A stretch of 64,000 nucleotides of DNA from Candidatus Microgenomatus sp. (GTDB lineage: Bacteria; Patescibacteriota; Microgenomatia; UBA8517): contig DYGT01000002.1 in assembly GCA_020724555.1 (NCBI GenBank), forward strand, positions 40,271 through 104,270. The letters run 5' to 3'. This document shows positions 38,207-48,862 of this stretch, piece after piece. Made by a program: the position numbers and the translations under genes. Positions within the stretch are counted from its first letter, which is position 1. Each line of letters begins with the position of its first letter. Below the pieces are notes generated by a model. That model made no database searches. It worked only from the letters and a program-made list of their open reading frames with translations, and had not been told where the DNA came from.

Positions 38207-40009
38207 ATGGAAATGAAAAGAAACATGAATAATTTAGAAATCGCCGAGCTTTTGCGAGCTATGGCAGCCTCTTATGAAATCAGAGCTAGCGCTAACTCGC
38301 GTTTTAGGGTAATTGCTTATGAAAACGCAGCCGATGCGGTTGAACACCTAAGTAGTGAGTTAAAAGATTTGTGGGACGAAGGTATGCTTGAGGATGTGAG
38401 CGGAATAGGCCCATCTATAGCAAAAAATCTGGGCGAAATATTTAAAACCGGCAAATCAAGGCATTTTGAGCATATTTTGTCAAAAATCCCCAAAAGTGTT
38501 TTTGAACTTCTTGACTTAACCGGAGTCGGGCCCAAGCGCGCTTACCGCCTGGCCATTGAGCTTAATTTGCCGGATAAAAATCCAATTAAAAAACTTAAAA
38601 GGCTGGCCCTAAATGGAAAAATCGCAACTTTACCAGGATTTGGTGAGGAAAGCGAGCGCGATATCCTAAAAAGTATTAAAGAATTTGAACAAAAAAAGGA
38701 GACACGTATGCTCATCTCAAGGGCGGAGGAAGCAGTTCTACCAATAATCAATTGGCTTAAAAAAGACAGAAATGTAATTGAGGCTGTTCCCTTGGGGAGC
38801 CTTCGCAGAAGGGCATCAACCATAGGGGATTTGGATTTGGCAGTTTCAACGAAAAACCCGGAAAAAGTTATAAAACATTTTTTGAATTTTCCCCATAAGG
38901 GGCGCGTCTTGGACCAGGGTGATAAATACGTTTCAATGCTTGTCCCGGGCAATATCCAGGTTGATTTGAGGGTACACGAACCCAAAAGCTTCGGTAGTTT
39001 ACTCCAGCATTTTACCGGCTCCAAACACCATAACATTGCTCTTCGCGAATACGCTTTAAAAAAAGGACTTAGCCTTTCTGAATACGGCATAAAAGAGCTC
39101 AATAACAAAAGGGGTAAAGTAAAACCCGTGGGAAGCGAAAAAGAATTCTACAGGTGTTTAGGACTTCAGTGGATTCCGCCGGAATTACGAGAAGGCGACG
39201 ATGAAATAGAAGCTGCCCGCAAAAAAAACCTGCCCGAACTGGTTGAATTAAAAGACGTTAAGGCAGATCTTCAGATTCACAGCGATTTTGACATAGAAAC
39301 AAGCCATGACTTGGGGGTTTCAAGCATGAAAGAGATCGTGAAAAAAGCAAATGAGCTTAAATATGAATATATTGCCTTTACTGAACACAATCCAAGCCAG
39401 AGAGGCCATAGTCAAAAACAAATCGTGGAAATATTAAAAAAGAAGCGTGAAAAAATAAATATCCTAAATTCCCAATTACCGGACGGCACAATAAAAAAAG
39501 TTTTTAACAGCCTGGAGATAGATATTCTTCCGGATGGAAAACTCCCGATCGACGAGACAGGATTGTCAATTTTAGATTTTGCTTTGATTTCTATCCATAG
39601 CAGCTTTAGGTTAGAGAAAAACAAAATGACGCAAAGGGTATTAAGGGCGCTAGATTACCCTAATGTCAAAATTTTCGCCCACCCGACCGGCCGACTAATT
39701 GGGAAAAGGGAAAGCATTGAGCTAGATTGGGAGAAAATATTTTCATTTTGTAAAGAAAAAAATATTTGGATTGAGATAAACGCAGACCCCCACAGGCTGG
39801 ATTTGCCTGATTATCTTGTTAGAGAAGCTATTGCCAAGGGCATTTTGCTGACCCTCGGGACTGATGCGCACTCAAGTCTGGGAATGGATAACATGCGCTA
39901 CGGAGTGGACGTTGCCCGACGCGGATGGGCTAAAAAATCTGATATAATTAATGCCAGAAATTTAAAAGAATTTGAAACATTATTGAAAATTCAAGAAGCA
40001 GTAAGATAA
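38207..40009 (+). CDS. polX: DNA polymerase X family protein with PHP domain
   Basis: GSLRR..GDLD, QVDLR, HFTGSKHHN, PPELRE motifs; PHP motifs AHPTGR and GTDAH; start may be 38213 or 38225. Confidence 0.93.
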   Translation: MEMKRNMNNLEIAELLRAMAASYEIRASANSRFRVIAYENAADAVEHLSSELKDLWDEGMLEDVSGIGPSIAKNLGEIFKTGKSRHFEHILSKIPKSVFELLDLTGVGPKRAYRLAIELNLPDKNPIKKLKRLALNGKIATLPGFGEESERDILKSIKEFEQKKETRMLISRAEEAVLPIINWLKKDRNVIEAVPLGSLRRRASTIGDLDLAVSTKNPEKVIKHFLNFPHKGRVLDQGDKYVSMLVPGNIQVDLRVHEPKSFGSLLQHFTGSKHHNIALREYALKKGLSLSEYGIKELNNKRGKVKPVGSEKEFYRCLGLQWIPPELREGDDEIEAARKKNLPELVELKDVKADLQIHSDFDIETSHDLGVSSMKEIVKKANELKYEYIAFTEHNPSQRGHSQKQIVEILKKKREKINILNSQLPDGTIKKVFNSLEIDILPDGKLPIDETGLSILDFALISIHSSFRLEKNKMTQRVLRALDYPNVKIFAHPTGRLIGKRESIELDWEKIFSFCKEKNIWIEINADPHRLDLPDYLVREAIAKGILLTLGTDAHSSLGMDNMRYGVDVARRGWAKKSDIINARNLKEFETLLKIQEAVR

Positions 40010-40078
40010 TTTATCATCGTTTGGATGACACAAAAAACCAAAAATTGTGCTATCTTACTTAAAGGAGGTGATTTATTT

Positions 40079-40672
40079 ATGAATTTAGTATTAGTAATCT
40101 TAGTTATCGCCATAATTGCTGTCGTAGGCTATGTCATCATGACATATAACTTTTTTGTCAGTAGCAAAGCCCGGATTAAAGCGGCCGTACAAGAAATCGG
40201 CAACCAGCTTAAGCGCCAAGCAGATTTAATCCCTAATTTAGAAAGCTCAGTTAAAGGTTATCTTAAGCAAGAAAAAGAAATCTTTAAAGCCTTGACAGAC
40301 GCCAGAAAAGCCGTGGACGCGGCTGTTAAATCCGGAGATTTGCAAAAAATGGCAGATGCGGGTAGCCAAGTGGCGGGGCTTCTTCCCAACCTCCGGGTCG
40401 CAGTAGAGGACAACCCTGAAATCAAATCCGATGCAGTTGTTGGAAAACTGATGGATGAGCTACGCGACACCGCAGACAAAGTTATGTATGCCAGAAGGTT
40501 AGTGATTGATCTAACGGCCGATTATAATGTTAAGCGTGTCAGTTTTCCGTCGAATTTTATAGCTAATGCCTTTGGTTTTAAAGAGCAACCCGGCTTAATT
40601 ACACCAGAAACCGGTGAGCACGTAGAAGTTACAGCTAACGAAACCAAAAGCCCTAAAATTAACTTAGAATAA
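40079..40672 (+). CDS. lemA: LemA family protein
   Basis: TM helix, QLKRQADLIPNL, KGY..QE and FPSNFIA motifs; strong SD AAAGGAGGTG at 40061-40070. Confidence 0.92.
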   Translation: MNLVLVILVIAIIAVVGYVIMTYNFFVSSKARIKAAVQEIGNQLKRQADLIPNLESSVKGYLKQEKEIFKALTDARKAVDAAVKSGDLQKMADAGSQVAGLLPNLRVAVEDNPEIKSDAVVGKLMDELRDTADKVMYARRLVIDLTADYNVKRVSFPSNFIANAFGFKEQPGLITPETGEHVEVTANETKSPKINLE

Positions 40673-40680
40673 TTATTTTT

Positions 40681-41607
40681 ATGCAAAATATTTACGAAGT
40701 TCAAGCTGCAAACCGGAGAAAAAGCTGGCTCGTGATAATCAGCTTTATCGTCTTTATAACAATTGCCGTTTATTTCCTTGGCCAGGCCTTTTCGTTGTAT
40801 TTAGGCTATGAACCGGGAACGCTTGGTATGGTAGGCATGGCTTTGATAATTTCCGGCATTATGAGCCTTACCAGTTATTATTATTCCGACCGCATTGTTT
40901 TAGGGATATCCATGGCAAAGCCAGCAAATAAAAAAGAGCATTTTAATTTTTATACTGCAACAGAAAACCTGTGCATGGCCGCAGGTATTCCGCTTCCCAA
41001 GCTTTATGTCATTAAAGACTCGGCACCAAATGCTTTTGCTACAGGTAGGGATCCGGACCACGCCGTAGTGTGTGCTACTACCGGCCTTTTACAAAAACTC
41101 AACAGAACCGAATTGGAAGGCGTTATTGCCCACGAACTAACTCACATTAAAAATTACGATATAAGACTAATGTCTATTGTTTCAGTGATGGTGGGGTTAG
41201 TAGCACTTTTGGGCGATTGGTTTTTGAGAATGCAATATTTCGGAGGCCAAGACCGGGAAGATAATAAATCCGGAACGATATTTTTATTAATCGGGCTTAT
41301 TTTTGCCATATTGGCGCCGATTATCGCCAATCTCATAAAATTGGCAATCTCAAGAAGGCGGGAATTTATGGCAGATGCAGGAGCTGTAGCGATTACCAGG
41401 CAACCAAACGGGCTTATTTCAGCTTTGCAAAAAATTTCCGGCGACAAGGAAGCTTTGGAGGCAGCAAATAAGGCAACGGCTCATATGTACATTATCAACC
41501 CCTTTAAGGGAAAATTGGACAACAGAGCCATGTCCAAAATGGCTGATTTATTTAACACCCACCCATCTGTTGAAGAGCGCATTGCCGCCCTGCAAAAAAT
41601 GATTTAA
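40681..41607 (+). CDS. htpX: M48 family zinc metalloprotease HtpX
   Basis: PNAFATGRDP, HELTH, SRRREFMAD and THPSVEERI motifs. Confidence 0.93.
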   Translation: MQNIYEVQAANRRKSWLVIISFIVFITIAVYFLGQAFSLYLGYEPGTLGMVGMALIISGIMSLTSYYYSDRIVLGISMAKPANKKEHFNFYTATENLCMAAGIPLPKLYVIKDSAPNAFATGRDPDHAVVCATTGLLQKLNRTELEGVIAHELTHIKNYDIRLMSIVSVMVGLVALLGDWFLRMQYFGGQDREDNKSGTIFLLIGLIFAILAPIIANLIKLAISRRREFMADAGAVAITRQPNGLISALQKISGDKEALEAANKATAHMYIINPFKGKLDNRAMSKMADLFNTHPSVEERIAALQKMI

Positions 41608-41611
41608 ATAA

Positions 41612-41638
41612 TTATCACTCTTGACACATGAGTGCTAA
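41612..41638. promoter_or_regulatory. CIRCE (HrcA operator) overlapping the clpB promoter
   Basis: TTATCACTC-N9-GAGTGCTAA, one mismatch to TTAGCACTC-N9-GAGTGCTAA; the N9 spacer contains the -35 TTGACA. Confidence 0.88.
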
Positions 41639-41655
41639 ATTGACATAATAGAGTT

Positions 41656-43833
41656 ATGAATGGCGACAACAATCAAGGCCCAAGAATAATTATCGACACC
41701 CCCAAAGAAGAAGGGCCGTTGCTTCCTAAATACACTATTAATTTAACTAAAGATGCAAAAGCCGGAAAACTCGACCCGGTTATCGGGCGAGACGCGGAAG
41801 TCCGGCGCATTATGCAAATACTCTCCCGGCGTACAAAAAATAATCCTGTTTTAATAGGCGACCCCGGTGTGGGGAAAACCGCAATTGTCGAAGGTTTGGC
41901 ACAAAGAATTGCATCCGGCGATGTGCCGGAGTCTTTAAAAGACAAGGAACTACTGGTGCTTGATATTTCCTTAATTCTGGCCGGCGCAAAATTCCGGGGT
42001 GAATTTGAGGAACGTTTAAAAGGCATCATCAAAGAAGTTACCGAAGGCGCGGGAAAATATATTTTATTTATAGACGAGCTTCATACTATAGTAGGCGCAG
42101 GGTCTGCTGAAGGAGCGGTTGACGCCAGTAACATGCTCAAACCCAGCCTGGCCCGGGGACTTTTGCGCGTAATAGGCGCAACTACGATTGACGAGTATAG
42201 AAAACACATAGAGCGCGATGCGGCACTTGAGCGGCGTTTCCAGCCTGTCATGGTTGACGAACCGACCCTCGAAGACACGATCGCAATCCTCCGGGGAATT
42301 AAAGAAAAATATGAATTACACCACGGAATCCGCATTACCGACGATGCAGTAATTGCAGCAGCGACCTTATCAAACCGTTATATTTCAGACCGTTTTTTAC
42401 CAGATAAAGCTATCGACCTCATGGATGAAGCAGCCTCGGCTTTAAAAATTGAAACCGAATCGAGCCCCGCTGAATTGGACAATAAAAATCGCAAAATTAC
42501 TCAGCTTGAAATAGAACTTGCAGGATTAAAAAGGGAAAAGGGAGAGCTTGCGCATAAAAGAAGCGAAGAAATTAAAGACAAATTAAAAACTCTTAAAGAT
42601 GAAGTAAATAAACTCAGCAAAGATTGGCAGGAACAAAAACAAATTATTGGTAAACTCCAAACCACAAGAAAAGAGATAGACGAGCTAAAAATTGAACTTG
42701 AAAGAGCCGAGCGGGAGGTAAACCTGGAGAAAGCCGCAGAAATAAAATACGGCAAGCTTCCCAAACTCCAAGAGACTGCCGCTGAACTGGAAAAAAAGTG
42801 GAGTGAAATTCCCCCAAACAACCGTTTGTTGCGTGAAGAAGTAACGGAAGAAGATATTGCCAAAGTTGTATCAAGATGGAGCGGTATTCCCGTCAACAAG
42901 CTTATGGCCAGTGAAGTTGAAAAATTAACAAAACTGGAAAGCGTTCTAGCGGAACGCGTTGTGGGGCAGGATGAGGGTATAAGTGTAATAGCTAAAGCCA
43001 TACGAAGAAACCGAGCGGGATTGGGTAACCCCAAAGGGCCCATCGGAAGCTTTATGTTTTTAGGTCCAACAGGCGTTGGAAAAACAGAAACCGCCAAAGC
43101 CTTAGCAGAATATATGATGGGGACAGAGAACGCATTAATCCGCGTTGATATGGGCGAATATCAGGAAGAGCACTCACTGGCACGGTTAATAGGCGCACCT
43201 CCAGGCTATGTGGGCTACGACGAAGGAGGACAACTTACTGAAGCGGTAAGAAGAAAGCCGTATAGCGTGATCCTTTTGGACGAAATTGAAAAAGCCCATA
43301 CAAATGTTACAAACACTTTGCTTCAGGTTCTTGACGACGGGCGTTTAACCGACGGTAAAGGACGCATTGTTGATTTTAAAAATACTATCATTATCATGAC
43401 TTCTAATCTAGCCTCAGAGACTATCAGAGAATTAGCCAAAAACAAACACGCCGTTGAAATTAAAAAAGAGATTGAACCAATCCTTCATAAGGCCTTCAGC
43501 CCGGAATTTTTAAACCGAATAAGCGCAATTGTGGTTTATAAACCGTTGGGTCGCGACATTATGGATAAAATTGTCGAAATTCAGCTTAATTCTATAAAGT
43601 CTAATTTGTCCGCAAAACAAATAGGATTTAGCGTTACAAGCGAAGCAAAGGGTTATCTTGCTGCCAAAGGGTATGATCCGGTTTTTGGAGCCAGGCCGCT
43701 TTCGCGTTTGCTCGAAAATGAAATATTAGACGAAATATCAATGCTCATTTTAGAAGATAAAATAAAACCCGGACAAAATGTAACTGTAAGTTTAAATAAA
43801 AATCAGCTCAAAATTAATGCAGTCGAGGCATAA
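41656..43833 (+). CDS. clpB: ClpB chaperone lacking the N-terminal domain
   Basis: GDPGVGKT and GPTGVGKT Walker A motifs, M-domain [13 protein letters not shown] pore loop; 725 aa. Confidence 0.92.
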   Translation: MNGDNNQGPRIIIDTPKEEGPLLPKYTINLTKDAKAGKLDPVIGRDAEVRRIMQILSRRTKNNPVLIGDPGVGKTAIVEGLAQRIASGDVPESLKDKELLVLDISLILAGAKFRGEFEERLKGIIKEVTEGAGKYILFIDELHTIVGAGSAEGAVDASNMLKPSLARGLLRVIGATTIDEYRKHIERDAALERRFQPVMVDEPTLEDTIAILRGIKEKYELHHGIRITDDAVIAAATLSNRYISDRFLPDKAIDLMDEAASALKIETESSPAELDNKNRKITQLEIELAGLKREKGELAHKRSEEIKDKLKTLKDEVNKLSKDWQEQKQIIGKLQTTRKEIDELKIELERAEREVNLEKAAEIKYGKLPKLQETAAELEKKWSEIPPNNRLLREEVTEEDIAKVVSRWSGIPVNKLMASEVEKLTKLESVLAERVVGQDEGISVIAKAIRRNRAGLGNPKGPIGSFMFLGPTGVGKTETAKALAEYMMGTENALIRVDMGEYQEEHSLARLIGAPPGYVGYDEGGQLTEAVRRKPYSVILLDEIEKAHTNVTNTLLQVLDDGRLTDGKGRIVDFKNTIIIMTSNLASETIRELAKNKHAVEIKKEIEPILHKAFSPEFLNRISAIVVYKPLGRDIMDKIVEIQLNSIKSNLSAKQIGFSVTSEAKGYLAAKGYDPVFGARPLSRLLENEILDEISMLILEDKIKPGQNVTVSLNKNQLKINAVEA

Positions 43834-43848
43834 CTGCTTTGAGCTGAT
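43802..43848. terminator. Long hairpin across the clpB stop, between convergent genes
   Basis: ATCAGCTCAAA/TTTGAGCTGAT 11-bp stem with inner GCAGT/ACTGC; no clear U-tract. Confidence 0.5.
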
Positions 43849-43857
43849 AGATTACCT

Positions 43858-44028
43858 CTAAACAAACTTATTAAATACAAACAAAACGACACCCACAACA
43901 AGGGCGTAAAACATATAAACAAAAACTTCAAAAAAGCCAAGAGCCAGTACTATCGACATAATTATGAGCCATCCTATAAGTAACATCTCACCGGAAACTT
44001 GACTTAAAATAAACCAAATGAGCTTCAT
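43858..44028 (-). CDS. Unannotated 56-aa two-TM hydrophobic peptide
   Basis: MKLIWFILSQVSGEMLLIGWLIIMSIVLALGFFEVFVYMFYALVVGVVLFVFNKFV; SD TAAGGAGGT and TATAAT upstream. Confidence 0.65.
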   Translation of the reverse strand: MKLIWFILSQVSGEMLLIGWLIIMSIVLALGFFEVFVYMFYALVVGVVLFVFNKFV

Positions 44029-44110
44029 CACGGTTACCTCCTTAATGGTATGCCGTTTTGTCTAGCATTATACACTTGTTTCAAGTGTGGCTGGATTGTA
44101 TCATATAGGC

Positions 44111-44416
44111 ATGGCAAAATTGTCCGAAAAACAGGTAAGGTACGTGGCTGGTTTATCCCGATTAACCCTCACAAAGGCAGAGGTTAAAAATTTTCAAACC
44201 GAACTTTCGCAAATAATCGACCATTTTTCTGAGCTTAACGAAGTAGAAGTAGACAATGTTGAGCCCATGAGCCACCCTACCGGATTAACTGACGTTTTGG
44301 CAGACGATGAACCAAACCCCACATCTTCACTGACTTCCAATAAGGCTTTAAACGCAACTAATAAAATACACAATAATTACTTTGTTGTCCCACAATTAAT
44401 AGATAAGGAGGATTAA
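44111..44416 (+). CDS. gatC: Asp/Glu-tRNA amidotransferase subunit C
   Basis: VRYVAGLSRL, VEPMSHP and YFVVPQ motifs. Confidence 0.92.
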   Translation: MAKLSEKQVRYVAGLSRLTLTKAEVKNFQTELSQIIDHFSELNEVEVDNVEPMSHPTGLTDVLADDEPNPTSSLTSNKALNATNKIHNNYFVVPQLIDKED

Positions 44417-45823
44417 ATGGAGGCCCCTAACAGTTTTAAAACTCTAAAGGCGGATTTATTAAGCGGTAAGTACAGCACTGTTGATCTTGTTGATTATTAT
44501 TTGTCCCGCATTCATGCTTTTGATGGAGAAATCCAAAGTATTTTAACGATCACTGATGAAATTGCCTTCAAAAAAGCTAAAAAAGCGGATGCTTTAATAA
44601 AAAAACTTAAAGCAAAAGCCTTTGCTGAATACCCGCTTTTGGGAGTAGTGGTTGGCTATAAAGATATGTTTTTAAAAGACGGCGTCCGCACAACTGCGGG
44701 ATCGCGCGTTCTTAATGGCTACGTGGCTCAATATTCTGCTACTGCCGTTGAAAAATTAGAGACCGCAGGTGCCATAACCATAGCCAAATTAAACCAAGAT
44801 GCTTGGGCGCATGGGGCAAGCGGCGAAAACAGCGATTTTTTCATTACCAAAAATCCCTATGACAAAGCTCGGGTTGCAGGCGGGTCTTCAAGCGGTTCAG
44901 CCGCGGCTGTGGCTTCTGATTTTTGCCTTATTGCCTTGGGAACTGATACCGGAGGCTCTGTCAGGCAGCCTGCAAGTTTTACTAATTTGGTCGGCCTTAA
45001 ACCTACATACGGAGCCATATCCCGCTGGGGTGTGATTGCCATGAGTTCATCACTTGATACAGTTGGGGTCATTGGAAAAAATATAGCAGACGTTAAGCAA
45101 ACCTATGATGTTCTAAAAGGCGAAGATGGCCACGACAGCAACGTCCGCCTGCAAACAAAAAGCTTTGATCCAGGCAAAAAAGTAACCATAGGCATACCAA
45201 AAGAATTTTTTGCAGAAAGACTTGATCCCGAAGTAAAAACAAAGGTTGAAGAAGTAATTAATACATACCAACAAATGGGGCATAAAATTATAAATATCTC
45301 GCTACCCCACACGAAATACGGCATTTCCGTTTACTATATCATCCAGCCAGCCGAGGTTTCATCTAATTTGGCACGCTACGACGGTGTGCGCTATGGCAAA
45401 GACAGATTGGCCTTTGGTAGCGAAGCCAAAAGAAGAATCATGCTGGGAAGTTTTGTTTTGTCTGCCGGACACTATGATGCATATTATCTAAAAGCCATGA
45501 AAGTAAGGAATTTAATAAAAATGGAATTAGAAAAGGCTTACGAAAAAGTAGATGTTATACTCGCTCCGGTTTCTCCCACGCCGGCTTTCAAAATTGGGGA
45601 AAAACAAGGTGACCCCATAAGTATGTATTTGTCTGACATTTTTACAGTAACGGCAAACTTAACCGGCACGCCGTCCGTCGCAATTCCGGGTGGTTTTAGC
45701 AAATCCGGGCTACCGATTGGATTTCAACTCATGGGACCAAGGTTTTCCGAAGATTTGCTATTTAATCTTGGACAAAAATATCAAGCACAAACAGATTGGC
45801 ACACCAGAAAGGCAGTACTATAA
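44417..45823 (+). CDS. gatA: Asp/Glu-tRNA amidotransferase subunit A
   Basis: YKD, GGSSSGSAAA, GTDTGGSVRQPA and SNLARYDG motifs. Confidence 0.96.
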   Translation: MEAPNSFKTLKADLLSGKYSTVDLVDYYLSRIHAFDGEIQSILTITDEIAFKKAKKADALIKKLKAKAFAEYPLLGVVVGYKDMFLKDGVRTTAGSRVLNGYVAQYSATAVEKLETAGAITIAKLNQDAWAHGASGENSDFFITKNPYDKARVAGGSSSGSAAAVASDFCLIALGTDTGGSVRQPASFTNLVGLKPTYGAISRWGVIAMSSSLDTVGVIGKNIADVKQTYDVLKGEDGHDSNVRLQTKSFDPGKKVTIGIPKEFFAERLDPEVKTKVEEVINTYQQMGHKIINISLPHTKYGISVYYIIQPAEVSSNLARYDGVRYGKDRLAFGSEAKRRIMLGSFVLSAGHYDAYYLKAMKVRNLIKMELEKAYEKVDVILAPVSPTPAFKIGEKQGDPISMYLSDIFTVTANLTGTPSVAIPGGFSKSGLPIGFQLMGPRFSEDLLFNLGQKYQAQTDWHTRKAVL

Positions 45824-47062
45824 ATGGGTGATTACAAACATTTGCTATCTCAAAAGTCTTTTCTTGCGCTTTGGTCTTCACAGTTTCTTTCCCAAGTTGC
45901 CATACATACATTAAATTTTTTAGTGATTTTAATTGTATTTGAAGAAACCGGATCTACTCTGGCTACAAGCATAGTTTGGCTGGTGAATATACTACCGGCT
46001 ATTATAATCGGACCGTTTGCCGCAGCCTTTGTGGATTTGGTAGACAAACGCACGCTTTTACTTTTAACTAATGCGCTACAGGCTATAATATTGGCTTTAT
46101 TTTCATTTTTTTACTCTCAATATATATTTTTGGCATACGGTATCGTCCTTTTGTATTCACTCCTAAACCAACTATATGTGCCTTCTGAAGTCGCCAGTTT
46201 ACCGGTAATTGTTAAAAAGAACCATTTAGCAGAAGCAAATGGTTTATTTCTGGCGTCTTACCAGATCGCACTGGTATTAGGCTCCGGTTTATCGGGAGTA
46301 ATGGGAGAGCTTCTGGGATACCAAAGTGGATTTCTAATTGCAGCAGGCTGTCTTACCGTTGCTTTTCTTGCCATCTTGAATTTACCCAAAATTCAGACGA
46401 GAAGACGCTTTAAAATACAAAACAATCTAAAACAAAACATTTATGAATATGGCCGAGACGTTTACGAAGGATTTTTATATATTAGAAATAACAAAGACAT
46501 TTGGTTACCTTTTATTACAATAGCGGGGTTACAAGCCAGCTTGGCTGTTGTTTTCGTAAATCTTCCTGCTATAGCCAACGATATAATAAAAATTAACCCA
46601 AATTATTCAGGAATTGCCGTCGTTGGTCCTGCCGGACTTGGGGCTGCTCTCGGAATATTTTTAACCCCAAAGTATTTAAAATCTCATACTAAGACAGCCG
46701 TGGCTAAATATGCTCTGACTATTCTTACCTTAGATATCGGTTTATTAGTAGCTATAGTACCATATCTTTCTGAAATAGTGCGGTATCCTTTGTCTATTGT
46801 GCTTTTTATACTGTCCGGTATTTCATTCACCGGAATTTTCATACCTGCTCAAACACATTTGCAAGAAGTTACTCCGAAGCAAATGCTTGGTAGAGTATTC
46901 GGTAACTCTTGGTTCATAACTACCATAGCTACAGTATTTCCCTTGATGTTTTCGGCAACTATCACCGAACTTCTTGGCCCCAGAGTTATGTTGGCCTTTA
47001 TCGCAATTGTACTGATATTATTAAGAATCAAATATGATCAACTAGTAGATATAAAACTATGA
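45824..47062 (+). CDS. MFS transporter (DHA3/Mef-like)
   Basis: About 12 hydrophobic segments, VDLVDKR motif A and LQEVTPKQMLGRVFG. Confidence 0.85.
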   Translation: MGDYKHLLSQKSFLALWSSQFLSQVAIHTLNFLVILIVFEETGSTLATSIVWLVNILPAIIIGPFAAAFVDLVDKRTLLLLTNALQAIILALFSFFYSQYIFLAYGIVLLYSLLNQLYVPSEVASLPVIVKKNHLAEANGLFLASYQIALVLGSGLSGVMGELLGYQSGFLIAAGCLTVAFLAILNLPKIQTRRRFKIQNNLKQNIYEYGRDVYEGFLYIRNNKDIWLPFITIAGLQASLAVVFVNLPAIANDIIKINPNYSGIAVVGPAGLGAALGIFLTPKYLKSHTKTAVAKYALTILTLDIGLLVAIVPYLSEIVRYPLSIVLFILSGISFTGIFIPAQTHLQEVTPKQMLGRVFGNSWFITTIATVFPLMFSATITELLGPRVMLAFIAIVLILLRIKYDQLVDIKL

Positions 47063-48378
47063 AAAACTTGATCCCGGTTATCGGACTTGAAGTCCATATC
47101 GAGCTTAATACTGCCACAAAAATGTTTTGTCGCTGCCGGGCTTATCATTTTGGCGAAAAACCAAACACCAATGTCTGCCCGGTTTGTTTAGGCCTTCCCG
47201 GAGCGCTTCCATCTGCTAACAAAAAGGCCATTTGGGACACGATAAAATTCGGGCTAGCTCTTAATTCGCAAATTTCTTCTTTTAGTAAATTTGACAGAAA
47301 ACATTATTTTTACCCCGATTTGCCTAAAGGTTACCAGATTAGCCAGTACGACTTACCCTTTTGTACAAAAGGTACTTTTACCCTTAAGAATGGCAAGGTT
47401 ATAAACATAAGAAGAATTCATTTAGAAGAAGATACCGGAAAGTTAATCCACAAAACGGTTGATGGGAAAAAAGTAAGCCTGGTAGATTATAACCGCTCGG
47501 GTGTGCCTTTGATGGAGATGGTAACAGAGCCGGATTTCACCGACCCGAGCGATGTGGATGAATTTTTAAAAGAAATTCAGTTAATTGTTAAATACCTCGG
47601 TATTTCAGATGCAGATATGGAAAAGGGCTCCATGAGGCTTGAAGCAAACATATCCCTAAAAGAAGAAGACCAGGGTTTACCGGATTATAAAATTGAACTA
47701 AAAAACATAAATTCATTTAGATTTTTAAGCAAAGCTCTTCAAGCAGAAATTGTACGCCAGAAACAAATTCTTGAAACCGGTTCCAAACCTGTCCAAGAAA
47801 CGCGCGGTTATGACGAAGTAAAAAATACAACATTTTCCCAACGCACCAAAGAAGAAGCTCAGGATTACCGCTATATGCCGGAGCCCGACATACCCCCAAT
47901 CACCATAAACGAAAAAGTTGTTTTAAGAATCAAAAATAAACTCCCGGATTTACCCAACCAAAAACGAAAAATTTTTAAAAAATTAAATTTATCTGAACAT
48001 TATATAGAAACCTTAGTAAGCGATAAAAACCGCGCTTTATATTTTGATGAGGCTATAAACATTGCAAAAGACCACAATATCTCAGCTAAAGAAATCGCAA
48101 GTGTCATGGTAAACCAAAATATGGACCTTAAATATCCCGAACCCGCCGGCTTAATTAAAAAACTTTTGGAAATTCAGAAAGCCGATTACGCAAGCCAAAA
48201 AGAAGTAAAGGGGGCTGTTAACGTCGTTTTAAAGCAAAACACAAAAGCCGTAGATGACTACAAAAACGGAAAAACCCAGGTTGTCGGTTTTTTAATAGGA
48301 CAAATCCAAAAAGAGCTTAAAGGCAAGGGTGAGGTAAAACTGGTTCAGGAAATTTTAAGGAAAAAATTGGAAGAATAG
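47059..48378 (+). CDS. gatB: Asp/Glu-tRNA amidotransferase subunit B
   Basis: GLEVHIEL, RKHYFYPDLPKGYQISQ, HLEEDTGK and DYRYMPEPD motifs. Confidence 0.97.
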   Translation: MKNLIPVIGLEVHIELNTATKMFCRCRAYHFGEKPNTNVCPVCLGLPGALPSANKKAIWDTIKFGLALNSQISSFSKFDRKHYFYPDLPKGYQISQYDLPFCTKGTFTLKNGKVINIRRIHLEEDTGKLIHKTVDGKKVSLVDYNRSGVPLMEMVTEPDFTDPSDVDEFLKEIQLIVKYLGISDADMEKGSMRLEANISLKEEDQGLPDYKIELKNINSFRFLSKALQAEIVRQKQILETGSKPVQETRGYDEVKNTTFSQRTKEEAQDYRYMPEPDIPPITINEKVVLRIKNKLPDLPNQKRKIFKKLNLSEHYIETLVSDKNRALYFDEAINIAKDHNISAKEIASVMVNQNMDLKYPEPAGLIKKLLEIQKADYASQKEVKGAVNVVLKQNTKAVDDYKNGKTQVVGFLIGQIQKELKGKGEVKLVQEILRKKLEE

Positions 48379-48460
48379 CCTCTAAAATTATGACTTTTAC
48401 CCCATAATATGGTATGATTATGTTTTATACATCAAGACTAGACACGGAGGCCAGTCTAAG

Positions 48461-48862
48461 ATGTACATTAAAACGCGCAAGGCAGTCGGGTGGATCGCAC
48501 TCTGCCTTTTGTTCGTGATCATTTACATCACTCTCGCCGCTGAAAGGATTGCGACGCAGGTAGAAGTGGGAGCCCCTCAAGAAGCAGAATTTTTTTTAAA
48601 AAACATTCTGACCACCACCTGGTTTCTTTTAACAGGATTGGCTAAGTGGTCGATGATTCAGGAAGCAAGACCGAATCTAACCAACAATTTGCTCTCACTA
48701 TTTACGTTCTTTGCTGTTATCATTTTTATTCGCACTACTCCTGACGACGGAACAACACTGATAATCAGCGATCCAGATAAAATCATAATAGCTGTCGGGG
48801 TGACAGCGCAGCCTGTGACTGATTTTTGGGATTTTATTTTTGGTGGTGTATTGCGAAAGTAA
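48461..48862 (+). CDS. Hypothetical membrane protein
   Basis: 133 aa with three or four hydrophobic segments; GGAGG SD, upstream TGgTATGAT, downstream hairpin followed by a T run. Confidence 0.6.
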   Translation: MYIKTRKAVGWIALCLLFVIIYITLAAERIATQVEVGAPQEAEFFLKNILTTTWFLLTGLAKWSMIQEARPNLTNNLLSLFTFFAVIIFIRTTPDDGTTLIISDPDKIIIAVGVTAQPVTDFWDFIFGGVLRK

